From: Azolla caroliniana | Taxonomy: Eukaryota > Plantae > Polypodiophyta | DNA: 64,000 nt | Direction of reading: 5' to 3' | Assembly (NCBI GenBank): GCA_043228905.1 | Contig: JBHGNT010000011.1 | Span: 18,600,001 to 18,664,000 of the forward strand | In this document: positions 26,526-38,500 of the stretch, in pieces | Layout of the letters: every line of letters starts with the position of its first letter | Position numbering within the stretch: position 1 is the stretch's first letter | The notes under the pieces: generated by a model | Seen by the model: only the letters and a program-made list of their open reading frames with translations | Database searches by the model: none | What the model was told of the DNA's origin: nothing | Position numbers and translations under genes: made by a program

Positions 26526-29500
26526 TCAAGTTTGTAATTGTTGCAGCGATGTGCGGCTGAGGAGGAACACATGCCTGGATGTTTGCCATCTGAACATCAC
26601 GATCCCTTTGTATGCAGTTCGCGGAACACCATCCTGTAAAACCACCCAAAGTTTTCTAAACATGTCACGGACTCATGACCTAAAATCTTGAACACATCAA
26701 GTTTACAATTACCTTCCACTCTTCAAAAATGCCGAACTGCCTAGCAAGTCGCTCAAACTCTGCCTGATCAAAATACTCAATCCTTACATCTCCCTCAATA
26801 TTATATGCCTTTGCAGCAACATCATTACCAGAAATGGGTGTTGCTTTTGAAACCATTTCATAAATCTTATGATCGTACTTCCCCTGTGCACAAAAATGGA
26901 TCTCAAGAAGAACTGTATGAAATCATTAACAGCACAACAAATGGTTAGCAATATACCTTACACAGGTAGCTTAAATCCTTCATTCGCCATTTGACCTGCC
27001 ATCATAATTGATAAGAATTATATTTATATAGAATAAATCAGGCATTGTATTACCATCAATTATTGTTATCAGACAGGCTGCTGAATATAAGAAAGTGACA
27101 TAAAGAAATGAGTTTCTCGGGAATAAGAAATAGGTGCATGAGCCTAGAAGAATATATCTGATAATACTACAGATTAGCATCATTGTCCTCAAAATGATAA
27201 AACAATTCAGCTCTAGATGAGGTAAGACAGTGAGGTCCTCCTGAACAAGGACACAACTATTGATATTGTTGATCCCAGAGAGTATCAGTGCATCTTGAAG
27301 CTATCTATGCACACCATCATGAGGTTTCTCCATCAGTCTCCGAGAATCATTTTAAGCCCAGGTCTGCCATGATCATCTAGGCTAGATTCCAATCCGTACT
27401 CCTGGTGATCATACTATCAAAGAGTCAGAACTGATCTGTGGCCCAAGTGTGACTTCAAACCGTCCATGGTACACTAGAAACCCCAGCATCTCAACGCCAC
27501 TCCTCTGATCATTTCTGTCTTTTAATATTTATTCGTTGAGTAAGAATCCGACCCAACAAGGTCGTTGACTTTGAACAATATACAACATAAACTCTAAATG
27601 CTTCCTGGGATTGTTGTTCAATTGGTTAAGAGCACCACCCTGTCAAGGCAGAAGTTGCAGGTTCGAGACCCATCCATCCTGATGGTTATTTTACCGAATT
27701 GGACTGATTCCACCGTATTTTTCCAGTGATGACATCTCTAAAAAAGATCAACAAGATACAAAAGAGTGTATTGGTCTCATATTTGGGTCGAGCTGGATTC
27801 GAACCAGCGTAGCCTCGCTAGCGGATTTGGCCTAGTGGTTAGTGCCATTAACTGTGCACAGAAAGGTGCAGAGTTCAAATCTTGCCAGCGTGAATTAAGG
27901 GACATTTTGTCCTCCTTTTTGAAGGGAATAAATAGTCAATGCATTTAATGTTGAGAGAGGCGCCTCTTTTTTTCTATAAAATAGGAAGAAGAGGGCTTAT
28001 TTGGGGTCGGCCATTTTGGGTTTTAGAGGGTTTTGGGCTCATCTTTCTTTCTTTTCTTTTCCAGGGTTGGTGGTTCCTCATCTTGAGTTGGAGGTGTGCC
28101 GTTAGGGTTTCCCTGGTTTCTTTTCTTCTACTTCATCTTGGGTTTAGGGTTAATGAGTTCTTCTCTCATCTTCCTCTAGGTTGGGTTTTAGGGTTTCTAC
28201 TTCCACTACTACTTCTTTATTCTCTTCTTTCTTTGGGGTGCTTGAACCTCTCACAACCTCTCCTCTTTGAGGTGTTTCTGCAGCCTTATGTTGGTGTTGG
28301 CACTCGAATTTCTTGGGTTGTTTGCAGTGCTTGTGAGCACGAAACTCGTTGGTTTGGAGTTGCTCCCCTGTTCGTCGTTGTGAGCCCGTGTGCTTGCCGT
28401 TCGGGTGGTGGTGGTTTGTTGGGGTCGCCATTTTTGTAGTGTGGGTTGCTTGTGTGCTCGCCGGTGTAGAGATCGTGTGCGTGCTTGGCGATCGTGGTGA
28501 TCGTCAAAAGCCCATCTCCATCCCTATCTCTTGCCCTATTATTGTTTCCGTGTAGTTGAGCTTGAGTCCAACCCGAGTGCCGTTATTGTAAATCCGCGGT
28601 GGCCCCGAGCTTGTATAAAGAAAATATTTTTGGGTGTATGTTGTGGTGACTCATCCCTTGTGTGTCCACGTCCCCTTCTTGTGCGTTTGGCCGTCTTGTG
28701 ACGAGGGAGAGTTTCGGGCATGGCCATGCACCTCCCCTCATAAAGACGTACGAGCATTCGTGTTTGTGTTCTCATCCCCTTCCTTGTATGTTCGGCCGTC
28801 TTGTGACGAGGGAGCATTTCGAGTGTGCCCATGCACCTCTCCTCCTCATAAAGGCGTACGAGCATTCATGTTTGTGTTCTCGTCCCTTTCCCTGTACGTT
28901 TGGCTGTCTTGTGACGAGGGAGCGTTTTAGGCATGCCCATGCACCTCTCCTAATAAAGGCGTATGGGCATTCGTGTTTGTGTTCTCGCCCCCTTCCTTGT
29001 ACATTTGGTTGTCTTGTGACGAGGGAGCGTTTCAGGCGTGCCCATGCACCTCTCCTCCTCATAAAGGTGTACCGGCATTCATGAATGTGTGTTCTTCCTT
29101 TCCTTGTGCGTTCATCTTGTGTGCTCGTCTTTACTTGTGTACCCATCCATTCCCTCGTGTGGTAAGTTCGAAAGCTCGACGAGTCATGGTCAAAGAAAAC
29201 CACCAGCTCCACAAAAAGGGCAACGAGCCCTTGCTCCGGAAGTAGTCTCATCAACAAGCAAACCTCGGGCCTTCGTACTCCCTAGTCTGAGACGCACGTG
29301 GTTCCGCCCAAGTAACACACACACACACGCAAAACTTCACAACAACGCGAGGGGGGTTCTAGGAACGTTGCTAAAGTCAATTGAGAGTCTTTTAGGAACC
29401 AAGAGCCATGCGAAATTAGAATTTCATACACGGTTCTGAATGAGTGGGAAGATAGAAAATCTTCTTTTCGACTCTGACTCTCCCACATCAGTTGTTGCTT

Positions 29501-32500
29501 CTTTTCCTATGACTTCCAACGTGGCGGTGTTGGCTTTATCTACACGACTTCTCAATATAATTTTCTGGCCTTTTTCCAATGAATGGCATGTCACTTTGGG
29601 AATACTAGCCACTCTTAGCATGATTTTTGGAAATTTAATTGCCGTTACTCAAACAAGCATGAAACGTATACTAGCATACTCTTCTATAAGTCAAATTGGC
29701 TATATCTTGATTGGAATAATTGCTGCAGACCCTGAAAATGGTTATGCAAGTACGATAACCTATATCCTTATTTATATACTCACTAATCTCGGAACTTTTG
29801 ATATATACTCTCAAGTAGGGTTTCAACCACAATATTCAAAAGGGGATTAAGAAATTTGTCGAGAATGTAGGCTACATCCATCTGACAGCCCTGTCAGTTG
29901 TCAACTAATCAAGGCCATTATCAATGATAGGCATGCCCAAGGTGCATCAAGTTTATTCCTCCTACCTTTATACACTAATTTCGTATTCTAAAGACAAAAT
30001 TTAGGTAGTAAATAATATTGTATTACATTATAAATCAAATAAATTAGGGGTCATACAGTAACGTCATTGAGTTTTATTGACTCCAGAAATTGCCGGAAAA
30101 ATTGTCCCAAACTTGAACCCTGCATATGATGACAAAATTAAAAGAGGATATTGCTCAACGAATGAATATTAAGGTTTGAATAACAAGTGAATTTGTTTAG
30201 CACAAAAATGGAACTTCATAATCTATGAGCACAAAGAAAATACAGATTAATAACACATGTTAATACAACAAAGAAAATGCAAATTAAAACAAGACGTTGT
30301 TCCTGTACATCTGCTATTCAGTTCATTCATGCTATCATGTGTATGGCTTTGTGATGAATAAGTTTTGGCTCTATATACACCCTCATAAATTCTTTTATAA
30401 ATTCTAGGTAACGGGTAATTCAGATTGACAGCAATCAATAACCACAACACTAAACTTTCTTTTATTAAACGTATGACCTGAAAAATGGCTCAAGTTTCTT
30501 GATGATCATGCTCCCAAAAAGAGTATTTGGTACATGCCAAACATACACAGCTTACATCATAGCAAGCTTGAACAACATACCTGCTCCCCGAAGTTATAGG
30601 TTCTACATATTTCTGGACGAATAAACTGACGCCCTTTCCGTGTTTCATTCAACCGTAACCAATCATCCCAATATGTGTGATAATGTCAAAGAACAAATCA
30701 TGAAAAGAGAATATGCATAATATGAAAACTCGTGTAAGGATATGCTTTAGGCCATTTTGGTGAGAGTTCAAACCATAAATCTTTTGATAACATCCATCCT
30801 AACCCAGGAAAGAAATCAGAACGATAGAGAGCTTCTGCAGAAGTGAACCAAAATAAATATTTATTAGAAGCTAAACTCCAAAAGATTTCAGCTTGGTGAA
30901 TGTCACATTAGATTCATAACATTGTTTATTACCAGGATCTTGCACAAATTGCTTCTGTCCATTATCATTCCAAGATGAAACGGCTATTAATGATCTAGAA
31001 TGATGAAGACAACACCAATTAGATAATTTTCTAAAAACAGAGAAGATATGAATCTTCAAAAAAAATATCATCATAAGAACGATTATCACACTTGTCATCC
31101 TCTAACAGCTTTGCAGTTGCCTCAAAATATTCAAAGAAATCAGGAGCTATTTCCATATCATCTGCAAACTCAAAGATTATAAGATTGAAAGAAAATATAA
31201 CATGGTCATCCTCCATTCATGGTTTTTGCTGTGCAACACCTTCTAAAATAATAACTCGATTGAATTTCCAGTCCTCAAATAACTGATCTAATGCCCATTT
31301 GTAATGCCCTGAAAAGCATGAGGAAACAACAAATGATCACATCCAATCTTAAGAAAAAATATATGTAAGGCATGTGAAGTATACATTGCTTAAACAAAAA
31401 TAAAGACCTTAATCTTTGAAGTTCATATCATAAACATGGGAAGTGAAGAAGGTCTCAAGTTACAATTTCATTGGTATAGGTGCAATAAAACAAAGAACAT
31501 GTTTTGGGATTTTAAGCAAATGGGTTGTTTCCTACATTTGAAGTACCAATTTGTTTTATTAAAGTATAGGTTCAAGGAAACAAGGAAACATGCTTTGGGA
31601 TTTCAAGCAAATGGATTGTTTCTTAAGCACTACATTTGAAATACCAAATTTGTTTAGTTGAAAAATTGACCATACATGCAACATTTGATTCAATGGTATA
31701 TACACAAGAAAACAAAGAACTCATGCCCTGAAAAGCATGAGGAAACAACAAATGATCACATCCAATCTTAAGAAAAAATATATGTAAGGCATGTGAAGTA
31801 TACATTGCTTAAACAAAAATAAAGACCTTAATCTTTGAAGTTCATATCATAAACATGGGAAGTGAAGAAGGTCTCAAGTTACAATTTCATTGGTATGGGT
31901 GCAATAAAACAAAGAACATGTTTTGGGATTTTAAGCAAATGGGTTGTTTCCTACATTTGAAGTACCAATTTGTTTTATTAAAGTATAGGTTCAAGAAAAC
32001 AAGGAAACATGCTTTGGGATTTCAAGCAAATGGATTGTTTCTTAAGCACTACATTTGAAATAACAAATTTGTTTAGTTGAAAAATTGACCATACATGCAA
32101 CATTTGATTCAATGGTATATACACAAGAAAACAAAGAACTCATTTTGGGATGCACATTGATTGTTTTTTAAGCACTACATTTGAAGTGCCAAATTTGTTT
32201 AGTTAACATATTGACAGTACATGCAACATTTCTATGGAAATTCCATAATCCCTGGCAATATGAATGGGAGTTTTGAATGTTAACATAAACTTTATCTGAT
32301 TATATGAATCAAGCCGTGACAATATTTACATTTGTAACTTGATATGGGATAGCTGTTAAAAATGTTAAGCTGAGCATGCTTTTCTGTGTTAAAAATATTG
32401 AGCTCTCAACATAGTTCACTTACAATGTGCCATTTTTCTTCAACATCATCTCTCATAATTTTTACTTTATTATCTCCTTGCTTGTGCAACCGACCTGGGT

Positions 32501-35500
32501 TCTTAATGCTGATATCTGAATATTGCAATTTGCATGGTCAATCTACTCTTTATCTCTTATTCCGGGATCTAGTTTGTCAGCATGATCATGTCTTTTTGAC
32601 TAAATGGTTCACAATGGTCGAAATGCCCATTGAAACTTGCTTCACAATTAAATTTGGTACTATGTGCCTATACACATATTCTTAACCACATCAATCTCTA
32701 ACAATTACCTGCATTGTACCAAACTGGTTTATCATACTTAAAGAGTCCTTCGACATTTTAGAAGTTTTTAATATCCTTACTTTACCTTCCCATGCCAAGT
32801 GTAAAATGGTTCTACATCTAAAAGCTCTTCAGCCTTGGCGATGCCAATTGTGAGGCTCATGAGAGGTAGGTAACTTGTAAGTCCTCTTAACTTCCAATTC
32901 TTGTCATTGGCTATATTTTATATTTCCATGAGCAATTTGGAATACATCTCTCAATCCTAATTGACATTGTGTAATCTGTTAATGTTAAATTTTGAAATTT
33001 TCCATCCTTCTAACTTGAAATACTCCACCCATTATCACCTATAGAAGTTCCTGAAACGCTGTGACATTGCATGTGTCGCATCTTTTATTTTTATGCAACT
33101 AATCAACTAGATTCCATTCTCATACACCAGGTAAACTTACTTGCAATTTTGTAGTATGCAATTATCTCTCCTGGCCTCTCTGTTCTGATCACCTCAGAAT
33201 CAAGATGCTGCAAATGGAAGCTCAAACCTCTGATCATACGTAATACAATCAAAATGCTGATTATGAAAATACCTTAGCCAGAATATTTATATACCTGCAG
33301 GTAATGAAATTGAGGAAAGCTTAATGCTTTGGACCTTACTTCCACATTACTGCCATCCTGAAAAGATAACAAGAGATTGTGCAAACGAGAGATTTGAAGA
33401 AACTACTAAACAAAAAGGTGTTTCATATTTACAAGTTAACAAGCCACACACATGAAGGCTCTGTATGGAGAGGAAAAAAATTATAACCTGAGATATGAAG
33501 AGGTGAAATTTTGATGAAACAGGACCATAATATCTGCATCACCAATACGTCTGTAAGTGTGAACATTGTGCTTCCTAAAATACTATCATTTTGAACTGCA
33601 ATTCATATTATGCATAATGTTGTATTTTTTTCACAAAAATTGTCTATTATTATATTCTTCAAGCATTTATGGTGGACACATAACGTCTAAAACCATCTCT
33701 AGAAACTTGAAAGCAGAACATACTGCAATACAGATTTTATCGTTCTATCCAAATAATCTGCACGATTGCAAGCCATTATAACTACTCCTGCAATAGGTTC
33801 CTGCAAAAACAAAATATGGAGTAATCATGAAATGCTTGAAACCACACATCATCCATTCACTATCTAAACAAACAACTTTATGCAAAACAAACTTGTGCTC
33901 TCCTAAAGAAAAGCAGGAGAATCATTAAAAAAAACTATATTGATCAAAACAAAGATCTGATTAAATCAAAAGACATAGTACACAAATAACAAGCATAGAC
34001 ATGATAGACAATCCAATAATTGATTCCATTCCTTTGCTAAAAACATTAAGTTATTGATGACTTAAAATTCAGCCCCCACACAAAATGTCTGACAAGGTCT
34101 GCAGAGCAATGTAACAATGCTAATACAAGCCATGAGAAAGCACATTAGGAATACATGTAATAGCTTTCTGACATGCATTTCACTCATCTAGAACAGCTGG
34201 AATGTTGAAATCAGTTAACCTTCTAAGTGATATATGCTGCTAATTGTTTTTGAGGATTTCGAACAGAATTTTCAACAGTAAAACTTATTTGACGCGGCTG
34301 AAACATTGGCCTACACATTTTGAAACCTCCCTTTCATCACTTTGTGGGGGCTGCACGTGAACTTTCCTGTAGCAATAGAGTAGCAATTAAACTCCCCTTA
34401 TAGCAACATCCTTGCTCTTTTTGTAACAATACACCTCTTTTCTTTTGGTTTGTTGCTTCTCAAAGACGAGACAACATTTGATGATGTAATCTCTTGTTTG
34501 GTCTTATAGGTCATTTTGGCCTCTTAAATGATCTCCATTGGGCATACCAAGGTCATGGTGTTTAGCACTACATATCAATGTATGAGGAGGTTTGCCTCAG
34601 ATTCACATACGGACTGGAGAGTGGATTATGTAGATTAATTTGTGTACCTTAGTGCAGTGTTCACAGAACCTATCTTCTCCATTCCAAGTAATTGGGCGTA
34701 TGCAGCACAAGGAGAGCATTCAGTCACAGACTCAATTCCAAGTGTCATGTACTAAGTTGCAGCTATTTGATAACTCTTATTAACACTGGATTCTTTTTTA
34801 CTGATTACAGATTTGGGGGCCTAATATGGACCGTCATTGGAGATCTAGAGGCATTTCTGAAGCATAGAGATTGATGGAAAAACCTCTTGTATTCTCCAGA
34901 ATGATTCAAGCAAAAGCATCCGTGCCCTATGATATTATCAAGGTTGAGATTCCTACACTGATGTGTAGAGGATATGATCATATCAGTCTCATTTCTTCAT
35001 AGTACATGAGTCTTCCACACAGATTCCAAGTGAGGATGATACTTCGCGTTCACATTGCCCAAATGGCCAAATGTGATTTGACTTCCATGGATTCACTGTA
35101 GAAAGTCTACTTCTCTTCAAGGGTACTCCTTGGATGCACCATCTCTTACACTCACCACTCGAGATTTGGAAATAAATCAGGCAAGATTTCACACAGATAG
35201 AGACTAGGCAAACAGGGCTCAAACCTATGCAGTGGTTAGCTCTGACAATGGCAATCCATCAGGAACATCCGCCACATCACTTAAGATGAATTTCTACTAT
35301 GCCAGATATATGTATATCCATCTGTCTCATGTATTAAGATACATCACTGGACAGATCTGTATACATTCCAGAACCAGCATTCTCATCCAGAAAATTTATT
35401 TGGTATTTTGGTCTGATTAGTTGTGGGATTGGCAGTATTATTGAATTATATGTGAGTATGTGGATGTTCTGAAGCCATATTGAAAGAGAAAAATGAAAAA

Positions 35501-38500
35501 TACAAAAGTACTAAAATAGTGGTCTTGTCCTAGTAAACCTTGATCACATACAACTTACATTAGATGATCATCACAACAAATATAATCTACTTCTGTGACT
35601 ATGAACATTTGTGTGAACATTACAAAAATATGGAGTCAAGGCATTTTCCGTTTGCATCTGTAATTTCATTTTCTTCCTATCACACGTATGCATGTAGCAA
35701 ATTATGTTCTTTAAAAATAGAACTAAGGTGGTGCCTTAATTACCTGATTGCTGTTCTCTAATGAGATGCCTGCTCCATTCTCTATCCAAATGGAAAAAAA
35801 AGGGAAATAAATAGCATGCCTCAAAAGCATGTCTATCTTTTGAAATCAAAGAAGATGGAAATGGTCATTACTGTTATACTGTTGAAGCAAAGTTTTTACT
35901 TGTTCATACTTCTCTTCAAGTTGATTCTTCTCTTCTGTATACAAAAAATGAAGTACATCATAGTAGAACAATTTTAGCTTAGAGTAAATATATATACTCC
36001 AGAATTCATGCTCATCTCATGCAACTAATTCAACAATACAAAAATTACCTTACTAAATATAAACTATTCTTTTAGTAATTTTAGCTTCCATCTTTCTTTC
36101 AAGAGATCAAAGACCAAAATAACCTGTGAGACTATATTAACAATATGAATCATAGAATAAGTATAATAAAGTGATAAAAAAGCTTATCTAAGAGGACCCC
36201 CAACCAAGAAACAGGCTCTTACTAAAGCAGTGCATACACAAATTACGACACATACATATAGGTATGGATCTAAAAGCTTCAAAAATAGAAAGCTTAATCC
36301 AATGTCTCAAAATCCTCAAGATCTGAATCAGTATAATGTTTAATAAAGGCAAATATATGAAGGCACAAGTGATTGGACTTTCCTGTCAAAGAACACCAGG
36401 TTCTTAATGTAAATTGAAAATTCTTCACATATGGGTGATAAAACTTTGAATTTCAATCAAACAAATGATAGAAGAAGATACACCAAATTTCAGATTGACA
36501 GGGTTTGCATAGGATTTCTAAGTACCATAAAGATATACTAAAGTAGAATATATCTAAAAATGTGACTTACAAAACTAATCAAGAAAAGGAATATGAGAAG
36601 AGTATAATAAAAAACCAACATAGAGATGTGACAGCATCTATCAACGTAAGATATGTTAAAAGTTTGGAAGGTAGATTAAATTTTTAGAAGTAAGAGATAT
36701 TATTCTGAGATATCTTTAAACTTTAACGAGGTTATTTTTTATGAGACTTTTCTGATGGGTAAGGATGTTCCTTGACTCATAAACATTCTGCTACCCTGTT
36801 ATCAAAAGTAGATTTTACAGTATAAACTTATTGCCCTCACACAATGGATCCAAAATACAATTGGACGGAAATGTAGAACAATCCGCAGTATTATCATCTT
36901 CCCCATTCCCAGCAATGAATTAACGAAGGGAGGACCACAAACACAACATGCACCATTAAGAATATCCAATCCATTTAGTTTACTCGAATTCCTAAATCAT
37001 ACCAAAAATCCAAGTAGTTAAACAGCTTTTGATCGAAAATTTCAACATACATAAAACTACAATCAGATGAGACTAAATAATTCAAACATAAGAATAAAGA
37101 GACTCTAAACTTTCAGGAGATTTTCCCATAGAGTTTAAACTAATCATACTCAAAAATGCCAAAATAAAGATATTAACTACTAAGTTCCTATACAAGGAAG
37201 AACAAGTAAGCCTATGGACCAAGAATTTAGCCATAAAAAAGAGCTCAATATGACAATCAGGCCTACAAATGCCTAACAAGTACGTCTATGGACCAAGAAT
37301 TTAGACAGAAAAAAGAGCTCAATATGGCTACCATGCCTAAAAATACCTAAGCCTTTAAAAGAAAAGGTACGAAGTTCCCATTGGCACTACTTATATTGTA
37401 AGTTATGATAGCATGCCAGATATGCACCTTCTAGTGTCACGATTTTTCCTGTTTGTTCACTGATCTGATCTATAAGTAGTCGCATCTGACTTGTACAGTG
37501 GTTTTCAGCCTCTACCTGCAGCATAGATAGAACAAATTATTCGCAAACATACAATTGTAATGTCTAAAGAATAATTGTACATAAAATACGTGTTTAACTA
37601 AGTCAAACCAAAACACATTAAAAATATATTTGAAACATACTATTTCTGATTTAATATCAGTGTGAGAAAAAAAAAACTGATAATGGAAATTCCAAAGAAC
37701 ATTCAGCAGATAGGTAGTGAAGTTTAAACTTCAGTGCTAAACAAGCAACCATGTGTTCTAGAAAACTAAGCAAACTATATTAAAAATGTGTGCCCACTTG
37801 ACACTAATAATTCTTTCTGAACAAAAGTTTTGAGGAAGAAATAATATTTTTTATTTTTAATATCTACAAATTCCCTTTATTAAATACACATTACCTTACT
37901 TAGTGCTAAACTTCATTGTGGTACAGATCCAGTGATGTATTGTTTTGTTTCAGTAATACAATAGTGGCAGTGGGAAATTGCTTAAGGTTGAAATCTACTT
38001 CAGTAATTCAGAAAAGAGAAAAATAACTACAAAATAGCATTCGTAGTATGAAAAGGCCATAACACGTTGATCATTACTTTGCAATAGATAGCATTATCAT
38101 AATGATTAACATTCTCATTTGTCAAGACTAATACCATTTGCAGTAGATCAAAGTGCCAAAAATCTGGTTCAAGTGAAAAGGGTGACAAATCACCAAAACC
38201 ACAGTTGAGCACGGCATAATACAGCCCAGTTACAAAACTGGGACAGGTCTAAGGTGCTAAGCTATGTGAAGATTACGTCACCTGTAATCATGAAGGCCAG
38301 ATGTTGCAAAGTCATTGTGACTTAGACGTGGTCAGCATGTAGAAGGTCGAAATACAGTTGCCCGCTAATGCTTCTCCATGGGATCAGGAGTGATGTCATG
38401 GATCAGCATTGGCAGCTGACTAAACATTATACAGTGCACAACAGAGGAGAAACCAGTGTTCTTTTTTGGATGTGATGAAGTGTGGCCTTGGATATCCTTG

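Noticed and set aside
27607-27681. Functional nuclear tRNA-Asp
   Set aside because: The sequence is plastid-type, with substitutions disrupting the anticodon, T and acceptor stems.
28539-29257. Overlapping repetitive ORFs and a CRISPR-like periodic motif
   Set aside because: The whole 105-108-bp unit is repeated, so there are no unique spacers. The context is a eukaryotic intron with no cas genes.
29440-29850. 136-aa ndhB ORF as a functional nuclear gene
   Set aside because: It is an internal fragment whose ATG lies in the group II intron remnant, with no transit peptide and unedited codons.
31436-32058. Twin 67-aa ORFs as a small-peptide gene pair
   Set aside because: They are a by-product of the 419-bp intronic duplication, AT-rich and with no recognisable homology.
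34150-35480. Large extra GnTI exon or nested gene on the minus strand
   Set aside because: All frames contain stops, and GnTI is complete without it. The plus strand shows LINE motifs.
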